The notes below the pieces were generated by a model, which was not told the DNA's origin, did no database searches, and saw only the letters and a program-made list of their open reading frames with translations. From positions 1 through 46,501 of the IMG/VR virus record IMGVR_UViG_3300030397_000347: a DNA stretch of 46,501 nucleotides; one strand, 5' to 3'. The DNA comes from a virus (lineage: Duplodnaviria; Caudoviricetes). This document shows positions 46,151 through 46,501 of this stretch, in pieces; within the stretch, counting starts at the first letter, position 1, and every line of letters begins with the position of its first letter. The translations under genes were made by a program, and so were the position numbers.

Positions 46151-46302
46151 ACGGTTGCGAAACATGTGCATGGTTCTATCGGAACACCTGCCGAAGGCAC
46201 GCCCCCAACCCAGGCCAACACACGGTGGTGTGGCCAGTGGTTGATGGCAAAGGATGTGGTGAGTGGGAGGAGGTACTCAGCTTGCCCCCTAACGAACCCT
46301 GA
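46147..46302 (+). CDS. Small 4-Cys protein (51 aa, not in track)
   Basis: CETC...CRRHAP...WPVV....CGEW; AAGGAG RBS; ATGA-coupled. Confidence 0.65.
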   Translation: MNGCETCAWFYRNTCRRHAPNPGQHTVVWPVVDGKGCGEWEEVLSLPPNEP

Positions 46303-46396
46303 ACATCTGATGATTCAGTTGTCAGGCTGGCAACTGTAGACGCAGCAGATGAAGGCACAGACGATGTGGTGGCGGATGAGACGGCAAGCCCTGACA

Positions 46397-46438
46397 CACC
46401 CGAGGCAGCAGAGGCACCCGAGGCAGCCCCACCCGAGG
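46397..46438 (+). repeat. Three CACCCGAGG direct repeats near the genome end
   Basis: Copies at 46397, 46415 and 46430. Confidence 0.6.
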
Positions 46439-46484
46439 GGGGTGTCGATTCTGACACGAATCACTAATTGACCGCCCCCTACCA

Positions 46485-46501
46485 GATCGTGACTGGGAAA
46501 C
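46485..46501 (-). other. Random-amplification primer, library artefact
   Basis: Reverse complement of positions 1-17. Confidence 0.9.

Noticed and set aside
46176-46457. Ser/Ala-rich minus-strand ORF
   Set aside because: Low complexity derived from end repeats; overlaps a better-supported + strand 4-Cys gene
1-46501. Stop-codon reassignment or a diversity-generating retroelement
   Set aside because: Core genes are intact in the standard code and use all three stops; no reverse transcriptase or TR/VR pair seen

Overview
An apparently complete ~46.5 kb tailed dsDNA phage genome (HK97-like head, non-contractile tail). Both ends carry the 17-nt random-amplification primer GTTTCCCAGTCACGATC, which is a library artefact. 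The host is inferred to be a planctomycete from a minus-strand gene with an LExRxL-type planctomycete extracellular motif plus dockerin-like repeats. Order on the + strand: terS/terL/portal/ClpP/capsid/neck (0.4-8.7 kb); four glycan-binding, depolymerase-like or adaptor virion genes (8.7-16.4 kb); a putative non-canonical lysis/envelope cassette (membrane protein, PAS-TM protein, secreted proteins, papain-like Cys protease, no recognisable endolysin; 16.4-19.8 kb). A short minus-strand block follows (dockerin-like, HTH, DUF932; 20-22.3 kb). Next come csrA and an APSE/Enc34-like replication module (DUF2800 nuclease, SSB, family A DNA polymerase, VRR-NUC, SNF2 helicase, primase-helicase; 22.9-34.9 kb) and an iteron-rich putative origin (35.1-35.3 kb). 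The tail operon (with a -1 chaperone frameshift), the packaging HNH and a beta-helix spike close the window (35.5-46 kb). No integrase, CRISPR array or canonical tRNA was seen. Most notable: a phage CsrA locus with a structured leader and clustered CsrA-consensus sites, the PAS/protease cassette, the host-like dockerin gene, and a shared N-terminal module on two distant virion proteins. Family calls rest on motif recognition by eye, not database searches.
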